Positions 1 through 12,748 of a stretch of DNA of 55,624 nt are shown piece after piece (positions within the stretch are counted from its first letter, which is position 1; each line of letters starts with the position of its first letter). The notes under the pieces are model-generated. The model did no database searches. It saw only the letters and a list, made by a program, of their open reading frames with translations, and had not been told where the DNA came from. The position numbers and the translations under genes were made by a program. The DNA is taken from assembly GCF_001194135.2 (NCBI RefSeq), contig NC_068982.1, positions 158,195,838-158,251,461 of the forward strand. The letters run 5' to 3'. Origin of the DNA: Octopus bimaculoides (taxonomy: Eukaryota).

Positions 1-164
1 ATATATATATATATATATATATATGTATACATACGCACACACGTATGCACGTTAATATGAGAATGTTGGAATGTGTGCTCAACACCGCAATAATGGATAA
101 ATATTCTTTATTTTAAAATTAACAAGGCTTGTATTACTTTCATGCCGAGCAATATCAGCAATTA

Positions 165-425
165 TCGAGCCTGCCACGATGTGTGAAGAAGTTTGGATTA
201 AAAACACATGAATATACAGATCAGGGGAAACAACTCCTCAGCATCAATTCTGATCGCGTTCAAATTTATAAACTTAAATGTGAATACATGTGTAAGCTCA
301 TGTACATCCATGCAGAATATCCATGCAGAATGCGTGCACACCGCCCCCATACTCTGGCACACACACACCTGCGTCATGCATTTTGTTTGCGTTTGAGTGT
401 GTGTGCACATAACTGTTCGTATTTG
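165..425 (-). repeat. Left arm of a long diverged inverted repeat (partner 1070-1425)
   Basis: Its reverse complement (tctgcatggatattctgcatggatgtacatg...tttataaatttgaacgcgatcagaattgatg...gttgtttccc) aligns by eye to 1250-1370 (tctgcatggatattctgcacgaacgtacatg...tttataaatatgaatgcgaccagaactaatg...gttgtttccc). Boundaries are approximate. Confidence 0.7.
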
Positions 426-464
426 CACCTATGCACACATAATTACTAAGCGTCACATACTTTT

Positions 465-1060
465 AACATATTTTGTCGTCAAACGTTTTCCATGAAGTTG
501 TTAATTAATGGGATTGCTAATGTCATTAACGCATTGTTTTATGATTGGTGGTTAGAGCCTTTGTCAATATGTGAGGTCTCCTTTTTTTGTTTTGTGGCAG
601 GGTTTAACTTTTCCGGTATTGATGCACATGAAATTATCTTTAAAGTTAGTATTAGTTTTAGGTCCTAGGTTTAGTTGGCTAAATATCTTGCACAATTTGC
701 TTCATATCTTATCGACATCGTGTCCATTTTTGTTATAAAGCACTCACAAACTCTCGTCACTGTATATAGCAGGCGCGTTTCCATCATGTGTGCTGATAAA
801 TCTACTCTCAAAAAGGCTGCACAAACTACAACGCTGCATTAGAAAGATCTGACTATAAAAGTAGTATAAATTATACTGAATCAAACGTTGATGGACTAAG
901 AAAACGCAGGCAGAAGAAACTCTTATAGCACAATCCCTCGTATAGTATGAACGCAGCCACTAGCATGGCCTAAAACTCAAAGACAACCTCTTTCCTCCCC
1001 CGTATAAATACTACAATTTCTAAAATTCCATGGACCAAATTTGACGTAAAAATCATGCGA
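465..1060. mobile_element. Penelope-like element (PLE) reverse-transcriptase remnant with an inverted 5' part
   Basis: Minus strand ~800-465 translates, with stops and shifts, as IYSDESL*VLYNKNGHDVDKI*SKLCKIFSQLNL...INTGKVKPCHK...DKGSNH (PLE LYRDDGL...KKLCKIF...PYRKP...SNHP). Plus strand ~810-1060 gives KAAQ.YNAALERSDYK...RKRRQKKLL*HNPSYSMN...LFPP (PLE KAAPIYNDALKKSG...WYNPPYS...HFP). Confidence 0.7.
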
Positions 1061-1069
1061 ATCTCCACA

Positions 1070-1120
1070 TTTATGTGGGACAATCAGACACGAACTAAAT
1101 GCATATATCTATCTCTCTCC

Positions 1121-1201
<81 letters not shown>

Positions 1202-1425
1202 TGTACGTGTGTGTGTGTGTGCGTGTATGTGTGTGTGCGTGCGTACATAATCTGCATGGATATTCTGCACGAACGTACATGTGCATATAAATGTATATTC
1301 ATATTTATATTTATAAATATGAATGCGACCAGAACTAATGGAAGAGAGATAACGGGTGTTGTTTCCCGTAATGTGTACATTTACTTGTCTATTCCTAAAT
1401 CTCATATAGCCTCGTGTAGCTTCGC
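1070..1425 (+). repeat. Right arm of the diverged inverted repeat, interrupted by (TG)n
   Basis: Aligns to the reverse complement of 165-425; contains a (TG)n tract at ~1124-1240. Confidence 0.7.
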
Positions 1426-2194
1426 TGCATTCTCATGCAAGATGGAAACGAGTACTAACGTCCAATAAAACAGGGTTGATAATTGTTAAGAATTCTTGCA
1501 CATGAAATCAATGGACGTGTTAGATATTGTATGTATATATATATGTATATATATATATATATATGTATGTATATATATATATTCATAAATTAATTCAAAT
1601 GCGTACCCATACCTACCAGTTTTTACATGTGTCACTAGCTAACTACAGTTTTTAGTTTCACCTCTAGTTGTCATTTCGTTTGCAGCGTATATCTTCAAAC
1701 ATTGCATTCTTTCTGGTTGTTTATATACTGGCAGAGAAATTGCAAATTCTGACTGTAATAAATGTAATTTAACTTCATATTCTGTGAATATTTTATTAAA
1801 TCATATTGAACACAACATAACGCAGAATAATTATGCCAATAGTATGTGGGCATTACAATATAATTCAAGCATACTTAAATAAGTATTTGAAAGATAAAAT
1901 TTGAATCCAAAGACCACATCGTTTCCTGATTTGCTAGGGTGTTGAACTAGAGACAAGCTGATATATTAGTGTTTGAATGCAATTCTATAACATTGGAAAT
2001 CCGCTTTATAGAATTACAATGCTTGTTATTCCAGAAGAAATGTTATTAAAAATCACAAATATAACTATTTTGATTCATGATTTACTATATCTACAGCATA
2101 TTTGAATGACATAAACATTAAGCAGAATACCGTGTATTGTATTATTCAAGTGTGTTAGAATTGAATATAAAGTAGGAGAGAGACAGATAAAGGT

Positions 2195-2285
<91 letters not shown>

Positions 2286-2421
2286 GAGAGAGAAACAGAG
2301 AGGAAAGAAAATAAGGAGAGTGAGGGAGTGCGTGTCTTTTTATTCCAGAGACATCCGAAATAAATCTACATTTATATAGCGACATAAAAGTCCTGACAAT
2401 ACAAAAGCTCAATGAACTTAC

Positions 2422-2639
2422 CTTGAAAAAAGTCATTGTTGATCCACCATATAAAGTGCCGTATTTTATATCACTTTGTTTAGCTAGGTCATCTGCTCGC
2501 TCAATGGGTGAAGTCATCCGCTCCACAGTGAGAAAAGCGGCCAGATTGGCAGTGTAGGACGATATCATGATCAGTGTGAAAAACCACCACGTACCACTGA
2601 CTAGTCTTGTAGAAATAGCTCTCGGAGAGAATTCGCAGC
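2422..2639 (-). CDS. GRIK2: Kainate-type ionotropic glutamate receptor exon: post-M2 linker, M3 (SYTANLAAF) and start of the S2 ligand-binding segment
   Basis: Acceptor ctatttcag|GC TGC at 2640/2639 and donor TTC AAG|gtaagt at 2422/2421; 218 nt, phase 1 in and phase 0 out. Encodes (G)[72 protein letters not shown]; SYTANLAAF at 2559-2533. The symbol marks closest family resemblance; one-to-one orthology is not established. Confidence 0.97.
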
Positions 2640-3085
2640 CTGAAATAGTATACAAAACGGTAGGAAAAAAGCATCGAGAAGAAAAGCAAATAGCAAAGCT
2701 TATTAAGTCTACAATACGTTATTTCTATATGCTTCTTGCTGCTGCTTGCGTTTAATACTATCAAAACTCTAAGAAATGCCCTTCTAATTTTGAAGATGGG
2801 GACTAATGATGCAAGGGAGATTTGTTTTTTAGTTCTTGTTTCATCAAATAACCACGCAGAAGTGTCCATATGGGTCAAGCTCCTTATAATGGTCAAAGCC
2901 CCTTGAATGTAACCATGCTGAAGCAGCGCCAAGTTTGTATTTAAGTATATGTGAAAGGTACGGGACTGGCATATGCATACATGTGCATAAATGTATATAT
3001 GTAAGCATATGAATGCAAACACACACACTTTTTTCGTTGTGTGTGTACACATAAATACTCGGTGAACGAATTAGTCTCTTTTCTC

Positions 3086-3126
<41 letters not shown>

Positions 3127-3230
3127 NNNNNNNNNNNNNNNNNNNNNNNNNNNNNNNNNNNNNNNNNNNNNNNNNNNNNNNNNNNNNNNNNNNNNNNNNN
3201 NNNNNNNNNNNNNNNNNNNNNNNNCACACA

Positions 3231-3272
<42 letters not shown>

Positions 3273-3347
3273 CTGTCTCTCTGTCTCTCTGTCTCTCTGT
3301 CTCTCTGTCTCTCTGTCTCTCTGTCTCTCTCTCTCACACACACACAC

Positions 3348-3542
3348 CGTGTATTGATGAAATGTTCGAGTCAAGACCCGGTGATTTCTACCTTCAAGGC
3401 ATTCACAATCTAGTGGAACGTTGGCAAGAAGTCGTGAACAATGAAGGAGGATATATTATTGACTGATTTGTTAAAATTGCTGATAAAAAATCAAATTAAA
3501 ATAAGTGGAAGAAAAGGAACGAATTCATCTGACAACCCAATA
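3348..3542 (+). mobile_element. Mariner transposon 3' end (transposase C-terminus plus TIR and TA)
   Basis: Reads IDEMFESRPGDFYLQGIHNLVERWQEVVNNEGGYIID* (mariner FY..GI..L..RW..V....G.Y), followed by an eroded TIR ending gacaacccaa plus TA. Confidence 0.85.
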
Positions 3543-3714
3543 TAATATATACTGCTTAGCACCAATCAGAAAGCAATAAAATCCTGTAATCCAACCCTCT
3601 TCGTTTTTACGGCTGTCTACTCCATCTATAAAAATAACTGTCGATACAGCTCGATCAATAGAAACCCTTGTATGATAAATTATTCTCTTGTTATCACATT
3701 ATCTTTTAGGCTTA

Positions 3715-3900
3715 TACAGGGTGTTCGGGCTAAATTTGACGATTTTTTAAGTCTCCTTTTCTCAGAAACCACTTGATGTATTGGTGAACAGTCAACGGCG
3801 TTGGAGAACATGTAAATTGAAGTTGTAGAAAATTGAAGTTGAGAAAATTTCAGCTGGTATGGAGCCGTATTGAAGTTGTGGGGAATGTGAGGGCGGCTAC
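3715..3900 (+). mobile_element. Possible Tc1/mariner-type non-autonomous element end
   Basis: Begins TA-CAGGGTGTTCGGGCTAAA, typical of TA-CAGGGTG termini. No partner TIR was found and the right boundary is a guess. Confidence 0.3.
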
Positions 3901-4087
3901 TTTGAATAAACTGTTATCTCCTGGCCAGTATCTAGTTGATAGTTTTCGATTTGTTAAAATAGTGTATTTTTGGATGAGATATTTTGTTTTGAATCCATGT
4001 TTGTTGCTTGATAAAATGTACTATCGTGCCAGTGTATGTGAGAGCAAGAGATAGAACGAGAGATAAAGAGAAAGAGGGAGAGAGAGA

Positions 4088-4157
<70 letters not shown>

Positions 4158-4510
4158 CAGAGAGAGAGAGAGAGAGAGAGATTGTGTGCCTATGTACTCC
4201 AGGGGAAAGAATTGTGTTTTCTTTTTCTGCAAACTGTCCAATTTAACCCAAAAATTCTGTATTAATATCGTCAATTACATGAGAGTGGCTAAATATGGAG
4301 CTAAAAGCGAAGATATTACGTAGAACAGGAATTGCATATATTAACAACCTGTAGAATTCGAGACTAACAATAGCACGATTTTGAAATGGTTAATATACTG
4401 TGAATTATCTGAATGACGAAACGGATAGGACAGGAAATGTAGTATTCTCTGTGTGTCTGTCTTCTGTGTGTCTGTCTGTCTGTGTGTCTGTCTGTCTCTG
4501 TCTGTCTGTC

Positions 4511-4547
<37 letters not shown>

Positions 4548-5166
4548 GTGTCTGTCTGTCTCTCTCTCTCTCTTGCTCACACACACACATTCACTTGTTC
4601 AAATGTACATAAAATACTTACAAACAAAAATATATGGCAAGCTACATAGCCACATATGACGCAAACAAACACCCATTTACTTGTGGAAATATACATAAAA
4701 ACTTTAAAAGTAAAAATATATGCCAAGCTACATAAACACATATGATACACACACACACGCACACACACATGCACACACACACACACACACATACACAAAT
4801 GTATATAACACAAACACATATGTAACATATTTGCATTTCCAAGTAAAAGGCAAACCAGAGGTTACCAAAATTTGACTTAGTAGAGACTATTTATATTTCA
4901 CACATTCGAAAAACTCGAAATGTCACAGCATTACAGTTATAATTTTGTCGATAAAACATTCATTTTATTTATTTACTGTAGGGTGGGGTGTAGCAATGCA
5001 ACCTTTCATTTATTTCTAAAACTGCATGTGTGCAAACATGCACGCACATAAATGGCACACACATACGCATACACGTGCACATATTCACATACACATATAT
5101 GTAACATATGAAATGCGTGTATATCTGAATGTGTATTCGTATGCCCAAATATATATATATATATGT

Positions 5167-5200
<34 letters not shown>

Positions 5201-8200
5201 GGGCATACGAATGCACATTCAGATACAAGCAAATCTAAAAATGCATAAGACACTGTAAAGTTAGCCTATAAGATTTATAAACTGAGACTTACATATGTAT
5301 GCGTAAACATACGTAAGTCAGAGTGTAGAACTACACACACACACACGTACACACACATATTCGTTTGAAGGTGATGACTTACTTTGCTGCTTGTCCGCGT
5401 TTCTCGCTGATATGCATTCGTTCAAGTGACAGAGAGTCTCTGAGCAAAACCATGCAAGCGAAAATCTTATAACGTATAAATAAACTCTGCCAAATATATT
5501 AAATGCTTTCGAACACATACGTACTTCTGTACCTCTGCACCTCTGCATACATACATACACACACTCTCACCCACTTATCAACATACACATAAACATATTT
5601 GTATGTAGGTATAAATGTATGTGCCCGCGCGTGTATATATATATATATATATATATNNNNNNNNNNNNNNNNNNNNNNNNNNNNNNNNNNNNNNNNNNNN
5701 NNNNNNNNNNNNNNNNNNNNNNNNNNNNNNNNNNNNNNNNNNNNNNNNNNNNNNNNNNNNNNNNNNNNNNNNNNNNNNNNNNNNNNNNNNNNNNNNNNNN
5801 NNNNNNNNNNNNNNNNNNNNNNNNNNNNNNNNNNNNNNNNNNNNNNNNNNNNNNNNNNNNNNNNNNNNNNNNNNNNNNNNNNNNNNNNNNNNNNNNNNNN
5901 NNNNNNNNNNNNNNNNNNNNNNNNNNNNNNNNNNNNNNNNNNNNNNNNNNNNNNNNNNNNNNNNNNNNNNNNNNNNNNNNNNNNNNNNNNNNNNNNNNNN
6001 NNNNNNNNNNNNNNNNNNNNNNNNNNNNNNNNNNNNNNNNNNNNNNNNNNNNNNNNNNNNNNNNNNNNNNNNNNNNNNNNNNNNNNNNNNNNNNNNNNNN
6101 NNNNNNNNNNNNNNNNNNNNNNNNNNNNNNNNNNNNNNNNNNNNNNNNNNNNNNNNNNNNNNNNNNNNNNNNNNNNNNNNNNNNNNNNNNNNNNNNNNNN
6201 NNNNNNNNNNNNNNNNNNNNNNNNNNNNNNNNNNNNNNNNNNNNNNNNNNNNNNNNNNNNNNNNNNNNNNNNNNNNNNNNNNNNNNNNNNNNNNNNNNNN
6301 NNNNNNNNNNNNNNNNNNNNNNNNNNNNNNNNNNNNNNNNNNNNNNNNNNNNNNNGCATATATTAATGTGTCTTTTTATGTTTATTGCTAGATAAATCGT
6401 CATAATATTCCATTAGATTTTATTTCTATATTTTGTACATCGGAATACTCAAGTATAAACGGTTATTTACGCAATTCTTGGATTGAATATTTACAGTAAT
6501 TTTTGGTTAGTCCGTTAACTAATAACGAAATTTTGATTAATATTATAGATACAATTATAATGATAATCATCAGCACTATATTCCATTTTATTCTGTTTGC
6601 TCATGTTGGCAATGCTTTGGGTGATAACGCTAATGAGATATTTCTACAAATATCGAACGCTTCGCACATACCATATTTCTTCAGGCTAAACAATAATTTA
6701 AAATTAAATCTAGGTACCACTTAAATGATCTTTCTGATTGGTAATATAATACATATCAGTTTATGAAATCGTAGAACCTCATAATATACAAGTGAATTAA
6801 AGTCGGCATAATTTTGCTTCTTGCTGCTAAATGATGTGTTACTAATCGGTGATAAAATATATCAATTCAGAATCAATGAGTCAAGCATCGTTACTTACAC
6901 CCACCAATTGAATTTATTTAGAATATCAAGATAGTCATTAGTTAAACTAACTTACAACATATTCAACGTGTAAATATATTGAAAATTAGCCTCAGGCTTC
7001 AAGTATTTATCCTCAGGTTACATATTATGGTCATGCCAATAGTAAAGTCTCCTGTAATGTACTAATCAGATATTGAAACTTACAATGCGCAACATTATAT
7101 GTAGCTGTTTTGACGATACTAAAAGACAACCACTATTTACTTTATATTTCACAATATTACTAAGTATTAACAAATTAGAAAAAAAAAGTGAAAAAAGAAA
7201 ACTGCTGATGCAAGATAATATTTATTGCAAAATTCTGTGTGATGTGGATTTAAAAAGAAAATTGAATTAAGTATCAATGAATATTGTGTAGTAAATGTTG
7301 TTATATGTATGTGTAAGAATCATAATAAATTTCAAATTATATTTAAAAAGTCCGAAATATTGGTCTTCAATTGAGGATATAGGTCTCAGTGGGTATAATA
7401 GTCACGCAAAACAAAAACAATCTGAAAGTTGTTTATTGCATCATAAAATTAGAAATAAATTACTAAAATTGCTTTCGAACAAATTTTCATTCGTCGGTTG
7501 TCAGACATTTCTGCAATTTTATTTTATTTCGTAGAAAAATGTTGTATCATGAAACATTTGAAAAGGAAAAATATGCAGTGTAGTATCAAAAGATGTTTTT
7601 GAAGTACTGTGGAATAAATACTACTGTTGAATTTCGATTCTAATAGCTGTATTAATAATGGTTGCAATAATTGATAAAATGAAAGAGAATAATTTCAATG
7701 AAATCGATTTAAGATTCTCCTTATCTTACTTCTTTAAAGGAGAACAGAAAACATAGCACAAATACAAAATTATTTTGATTAATCGAATCAAACACGATTT
7801 AATAGGAAGAAGAAAAAGACAAATTTATTGAATTGATTGCATGAATTTCCAATAATGTGATGTAAATTATATGTAACATAAAAAAGTACTAGTTTGTTTT
7901 TCATATATTGCTTACTTCCGTTTGAAATAACTGTATTGTTTGCATGTAGTTGAAGTATATGCTTAATAAACGATATATACAAAATATCAATGCCTTCGAT
8001 AGCTATTCTTCTTAATTTCTCTTATTTACTATCTATATAAAACACACAAACATGACTATACAGAGAGCAATATATATATATATATATATATATANNNNNN
8101 NNNNNNNNNNNNNNNNNNNNNNNNNNNNNNNNNNNNNNNNNNNNNNNNNNNNNNNNNNNNNNNNNNNNNNNNNNNNNNNNNNNNNNNNNNNNNNNNNNNN

Positions 8201-9038
8201 NNNNNNNNNNNNNNNNNNNNNNNNNNNNNNNNNNNNNNNNNNNNNNNNNNNNNNNNNNNNNNNNNNNNNNNNNNNNNNNNNNNNNNNNNNNNNNNNNNNN
8301 NNNNNNNNNNNNNNNNNNNNNNNNNNNNNNNNNNNNNNNNNNNNNNNNNNNNNNNNNNNNNNNNNNNNNNNNNNNNNNACACACACACACACACACACAC
8401 AACTATATATATATATGTGTGGGTGAGTGAAAGTATGTATGTGTGTATGCGTGTGTGAGTATATAAATTTACATGACCAAAAATATACCACTCAACACAT
8501 CAGCAGAATAGGGTATATATTTTGGGGTTTAGTATTAAGAGTGAATGCGAGAGAACCGAATTTTTTATTGACAGCTCAGGCTCTTGCGTATCTTCAAAAT
8601 ATCTTTACGCTTTCGTTGCGTTATAGCAAAATGAAAATTTCGTCTTTTAGGCGTCCAGTATGTCTAACCTTGTATTAAAAGAAAAAAAGACGGAGAAAAA
8701 GAAAGAATTCAATAATGCGGCAATTTAAAAACGGAATGATTTGATAGACAAGCCTTTCAGTTTTTGCTACTGTCTTCGATATCTTAATCCAGTGGTACAA
8801 TTTTATATGCTTACAATATATCGCTCCATTTCATTATGCTGACGTAGCATTAACAATATTTCTCAATGAGAAACCTTTTAAAAACTATATATAATTCTAT
8901 CATTTATTATATATGTGTGTGTGTGTCTGTTTTTATGTACGTGTATTTCTGTTTGTATATATGCAAATTGCCATGTTGTAATAGACAGTATATTTACTGT
9001 TTTGAGCCTCGATTACTATAATATATATTGTGTACATA

Positions 9039-10120
9039 CGGAGTTGGACAAAATAATGGAATCATCTAGCATCATAGTATCATAATTTTCAAATATCTAT
9101 AAAACCGCCAAAAGCTTGTTTGTTCTTTTATGTTTTTTTTATTTATTTTTAGTGTTACTTAACATGTTTTGCTAAAATTGCTGTTTCTTTTCAGATATCA
9201 TCAGAAAAAGGTAATTAAAATTCATTAAAATGACAGATCTATCGGACTTTGAAAGAGGTCTAATTGTTAGTGCTCGTATGGCAGGCGCTTGCGTAACGAA
9301 AACAGCTGAAATGTTTGGTGCATCAAGAAGTACTGTCTCGAAAGTAATGACAGTCTTTGAGAAAGAGGAAAAAACCTCCTTGTCGAAACAAGACTCCGGA
9401 AGAAAACCAAAACTTTTAGATAAGGACCGTCGGACTCTTACGCGAGTTTTAAGAAAGAATCACAAAAGTACAGCTCCCAAAATTACTGCAGAGCTCAATG
9501 ACCACCCACAAAATCTACTTGCCGGGAGCTGCACAAAGCCGGGTTTCCCGGTAGGGCTGCAATTAGAAAACCACTATTTTCAAAAACAAAGTTGCAAAGC
9601 GTGTAGAGTGGAGTAAAATCCTACAGAATTGGTCCCTAGAGCAGTGAAAGAATGTTATTTTCTCGGACGAGTCATCCGTTGCCTAATTTTTGACCACCGG
9701 CCGAGTATACGTGTGGAGATAGCCAATAGAAGCATTCGACCCAGACTGCCTTCTTCCAACTGGTAAACATAGAGGGGGATCTGTGATGATCGGGGGTGGG
9801 AGTGGTGCTATATCTTGGAAATCCAACGGCCCAAAGGTTTTCCTTCATGGAAGAATTAATAGTCAAGACTATTGAACATTTATGGTGCATTTTAGAAAAA
9901 CAAGTAAGGAGTCTATATCCTCCACCTTCATCACTACAAGAACTGGAGACTGTTTTAGCTGAAGAATGAACAAAAATTTCTTTGGAGACAATTCAAACTT
10001 TGTATGAGTCCATACCTCGTAGAATTCAAGCTGTAATTACTGCCAAAGGCGGTCCAACCCCATATTAAAATAAATTTGTTTGAAATTTTAAGTTGTTTCC
10101 ATTATTTTGTCTAACCCCTG
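9039..10120 (+). mobile_element. Tc1-family DNA transposon, internally deleted, with both TIRs and TA target duplications
   Basis: 5' TIR TA|cggagttggacaaaataatggaatcatc; 3' end gttgtttccattattttgtctaacccctg|TA. ORF 9230-9616 (MTDLSDFERGLIV...GRKPKL) is the Tc1 paired/HTH region. Downstream frames give VIFSDESS, GAISW and IEHLW...IPRRIQAVITAKGGPTPY*. Confidence 0.95.
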
Positions 10121-11644
10121 TATATTAAAAATATATTTTAGCGTATTTCTCTTTTATTTGCGTGAGACTTCTAGGTGACTTACAGAAGAGCCGTTACAAA
10201 GATTGTTATAATATATGACTGGCTCTAGGCAGAATGTTTAGCATTTAGATGCATTGAGACCATAAATTCAATCAGATGATAATGTGATATATCAGTAATC
10301 TTCATACCATGATTCCTTTTTACTATCTTCCATTTTCCCAGCACTCTGTGAAAAAGCACATAGTCGCTACCCTATTAAATCTGCCAAAGCCATAAAAACA
10401 CGCCTAACATTAGTCACCATACTGTACGTTTATTATCCATACATTTATAACTCAAGAAATGAATAAAGTACCAGTAATAAACTTCTATTCAATTCAATCA
10501 AATAGGAATTTACTTGAATATATGAGCCTTCTGTTTATTCGAAATAAACCACTGTATAGTGGTATTAAAACACGCTGCAACCATTAAAACACAAATTGAA
10601 ACTATGAGAAGTATTTATAGAAGAATTTGATTGATTTAAAATTGATTAAGGCCATAACTACGGAAAAAACTAATTTTTCAAAAAGAAAACGATATGGATT
10701 AGAAATTATTTTCAAATAGTAACATTGTATACTGCAGTAAAGCATTACTGTTCTACTGGAATTTGATACATTCCTGCACTCCATGAAGAGAAAAATACTG
10801 ATTTCCACATAAATAGATCAATATCTAGTGTGCGCTTACTTTATATCTAGTTTAGCCTCTTCTGGTTTATGGTATGCTATACATATACTACGTCCACCAC
10901 ACTATTTTGCATTCTATACTTCACTCCTATGACGCATTATCTTCACTGTCATTGTATAGTCGTTAACACATCCTAAACTCGCTCTACTGTTTTTGTTTAT
11001 AGGCAGCCATAGTCATATGTACATATATTATGCATATAGATGAATATACATGGAATATATACGCGTTTATGTATGCTTATATCAGATTATGACTGAAACT
11101 TATCCTAAGAATGTCCTCGACATTTGAAGTTGCACCAAAACTATTTTTTAAACAAGTAGAATTAATAGTAGTAATGAGAAGAGAATTACTTTGTATTTAC
11201 GAATATAATTCAAAGTTGACAAGCAAGAAAAAATGAAGTAAACGAGAATTAATTATAGTAATAAATACTATTGAAGTTATTTGTATCTGAACATGTTTCG
11301 ATTTTACTGAGTTTCCTTAGTGAAGCGTCATCAACATAGAGTAACATGAAAACAGAACTAGTTAAATCGTTTAAAGCTTTGGTTTGTGGAACTCAATACA
11401 TGGAGATAATATAGTTAAAAGGTAAAGAGTATCATACATCATGTGATGGGAACAAAATATTTTCTAATCAATTGAAATATTGTAATTCAATGGATTTAAA
11501 TAGATGTATCCTAATCACACACGCACACATATATACACATATTTACATGCACGTATATATGCATATATGTATGTATACATATATAAGTACATTTATGTAT
11601 ACACATGAAGATACATATATATATAATACACACATTTATTTATG

Positions 11645-11680
<36 letters not shown>

Positions 11681-11925
11681 TACATATATATATATATATT
11701 CCTATACACATATATGAGTGTGTGTGCACTCAAACATATATATTTATATGCGTTTATTTAAATATACACGCAAACAAATACATGTATGTTAATTGTATGA
11801 TTGTGCCAACTACATATATTCGTTTGTCTGTGTGTGTATTCAGGTTTTCATATCTATATGTGTATCATGTTTGACTAGTTTTAGAAACACTGCATGAGAG
11901 AGTGGGTCGGGGAGAGATAGTGAGA

Positions 11926-12021
<96 letters not shown>

Positions 12022-12449
12022 GAGAATGACAGAGGGAGAAAGGAGGTGAGAGAGGGAGAGAGAGACAGAGCCAGACTGACAGAAAGAGAAAAATGTCGTA
12101 TTTAGGCTTGCGCTTGTTGAAAGCATTTATCATATATTCTCGTAGGATTAGGTTGCTTTTTGTTGGTCTCCGAAAGCGAGCGTTACAGATTTACATTTTC
12201 ATTATCATATTCACATTTGTAAACGTTGCACGAACTTCGAGCATCTTGTTCGGAAATAATTTGGCACTTTAAACGGAATGAGAAACCATCCGTTTTGATA
12301 TATGCAACTGTTCAGTGGCTTGTACTTTTTTTTTGTGTTGCTCTTCCTTAATCTGACGCAAAATGTGTGCGTTTGTGTGTGTACGTGCACACACACACGT
12401 GTACACATAGACATGTACATATGTACACATATACATGTATACACATATA

Positions 12450-12507
<58 letters not shown>

Positions 12508-12701
12508 NNNNNNNNNNNNNNNNNNNNNNNNNNNNNNNNNNNNNNNNNNNNNNNNNNNNNNNNNNNNNNNNNNNNNNNNNNNNNNNNNNNNNNNNNNNNN
12601 NNNNNNNNNNNNNNNNNNNNNNNNNNNNNNNNNNNNNNNNNNNNNNNNNNNNNNNNNNNNNNNNNNNNNNNNNNNNNNNNNNNNNNNNNNNNNNNNNNNN
12701 N

Positions 12702-12748
<47 letters not shown>

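Noticed and set aside
1880-1960. Minus-strand tctag|TTC AAC...ACG ATG TGG (FNTLANQETMWS) as the next S2 exon
   Set aside because: Only MW matches the expected Y.KMW.FM...VFV pattern; the next exon is probably outside the window.
11286-11338. Minus-strand TTGATGA...CGAAACATGTT hammerhead-like string
   Set aside because: C3 is mutated and there is no credible helix I or II; may be a very old PLE end but cannot be supported.
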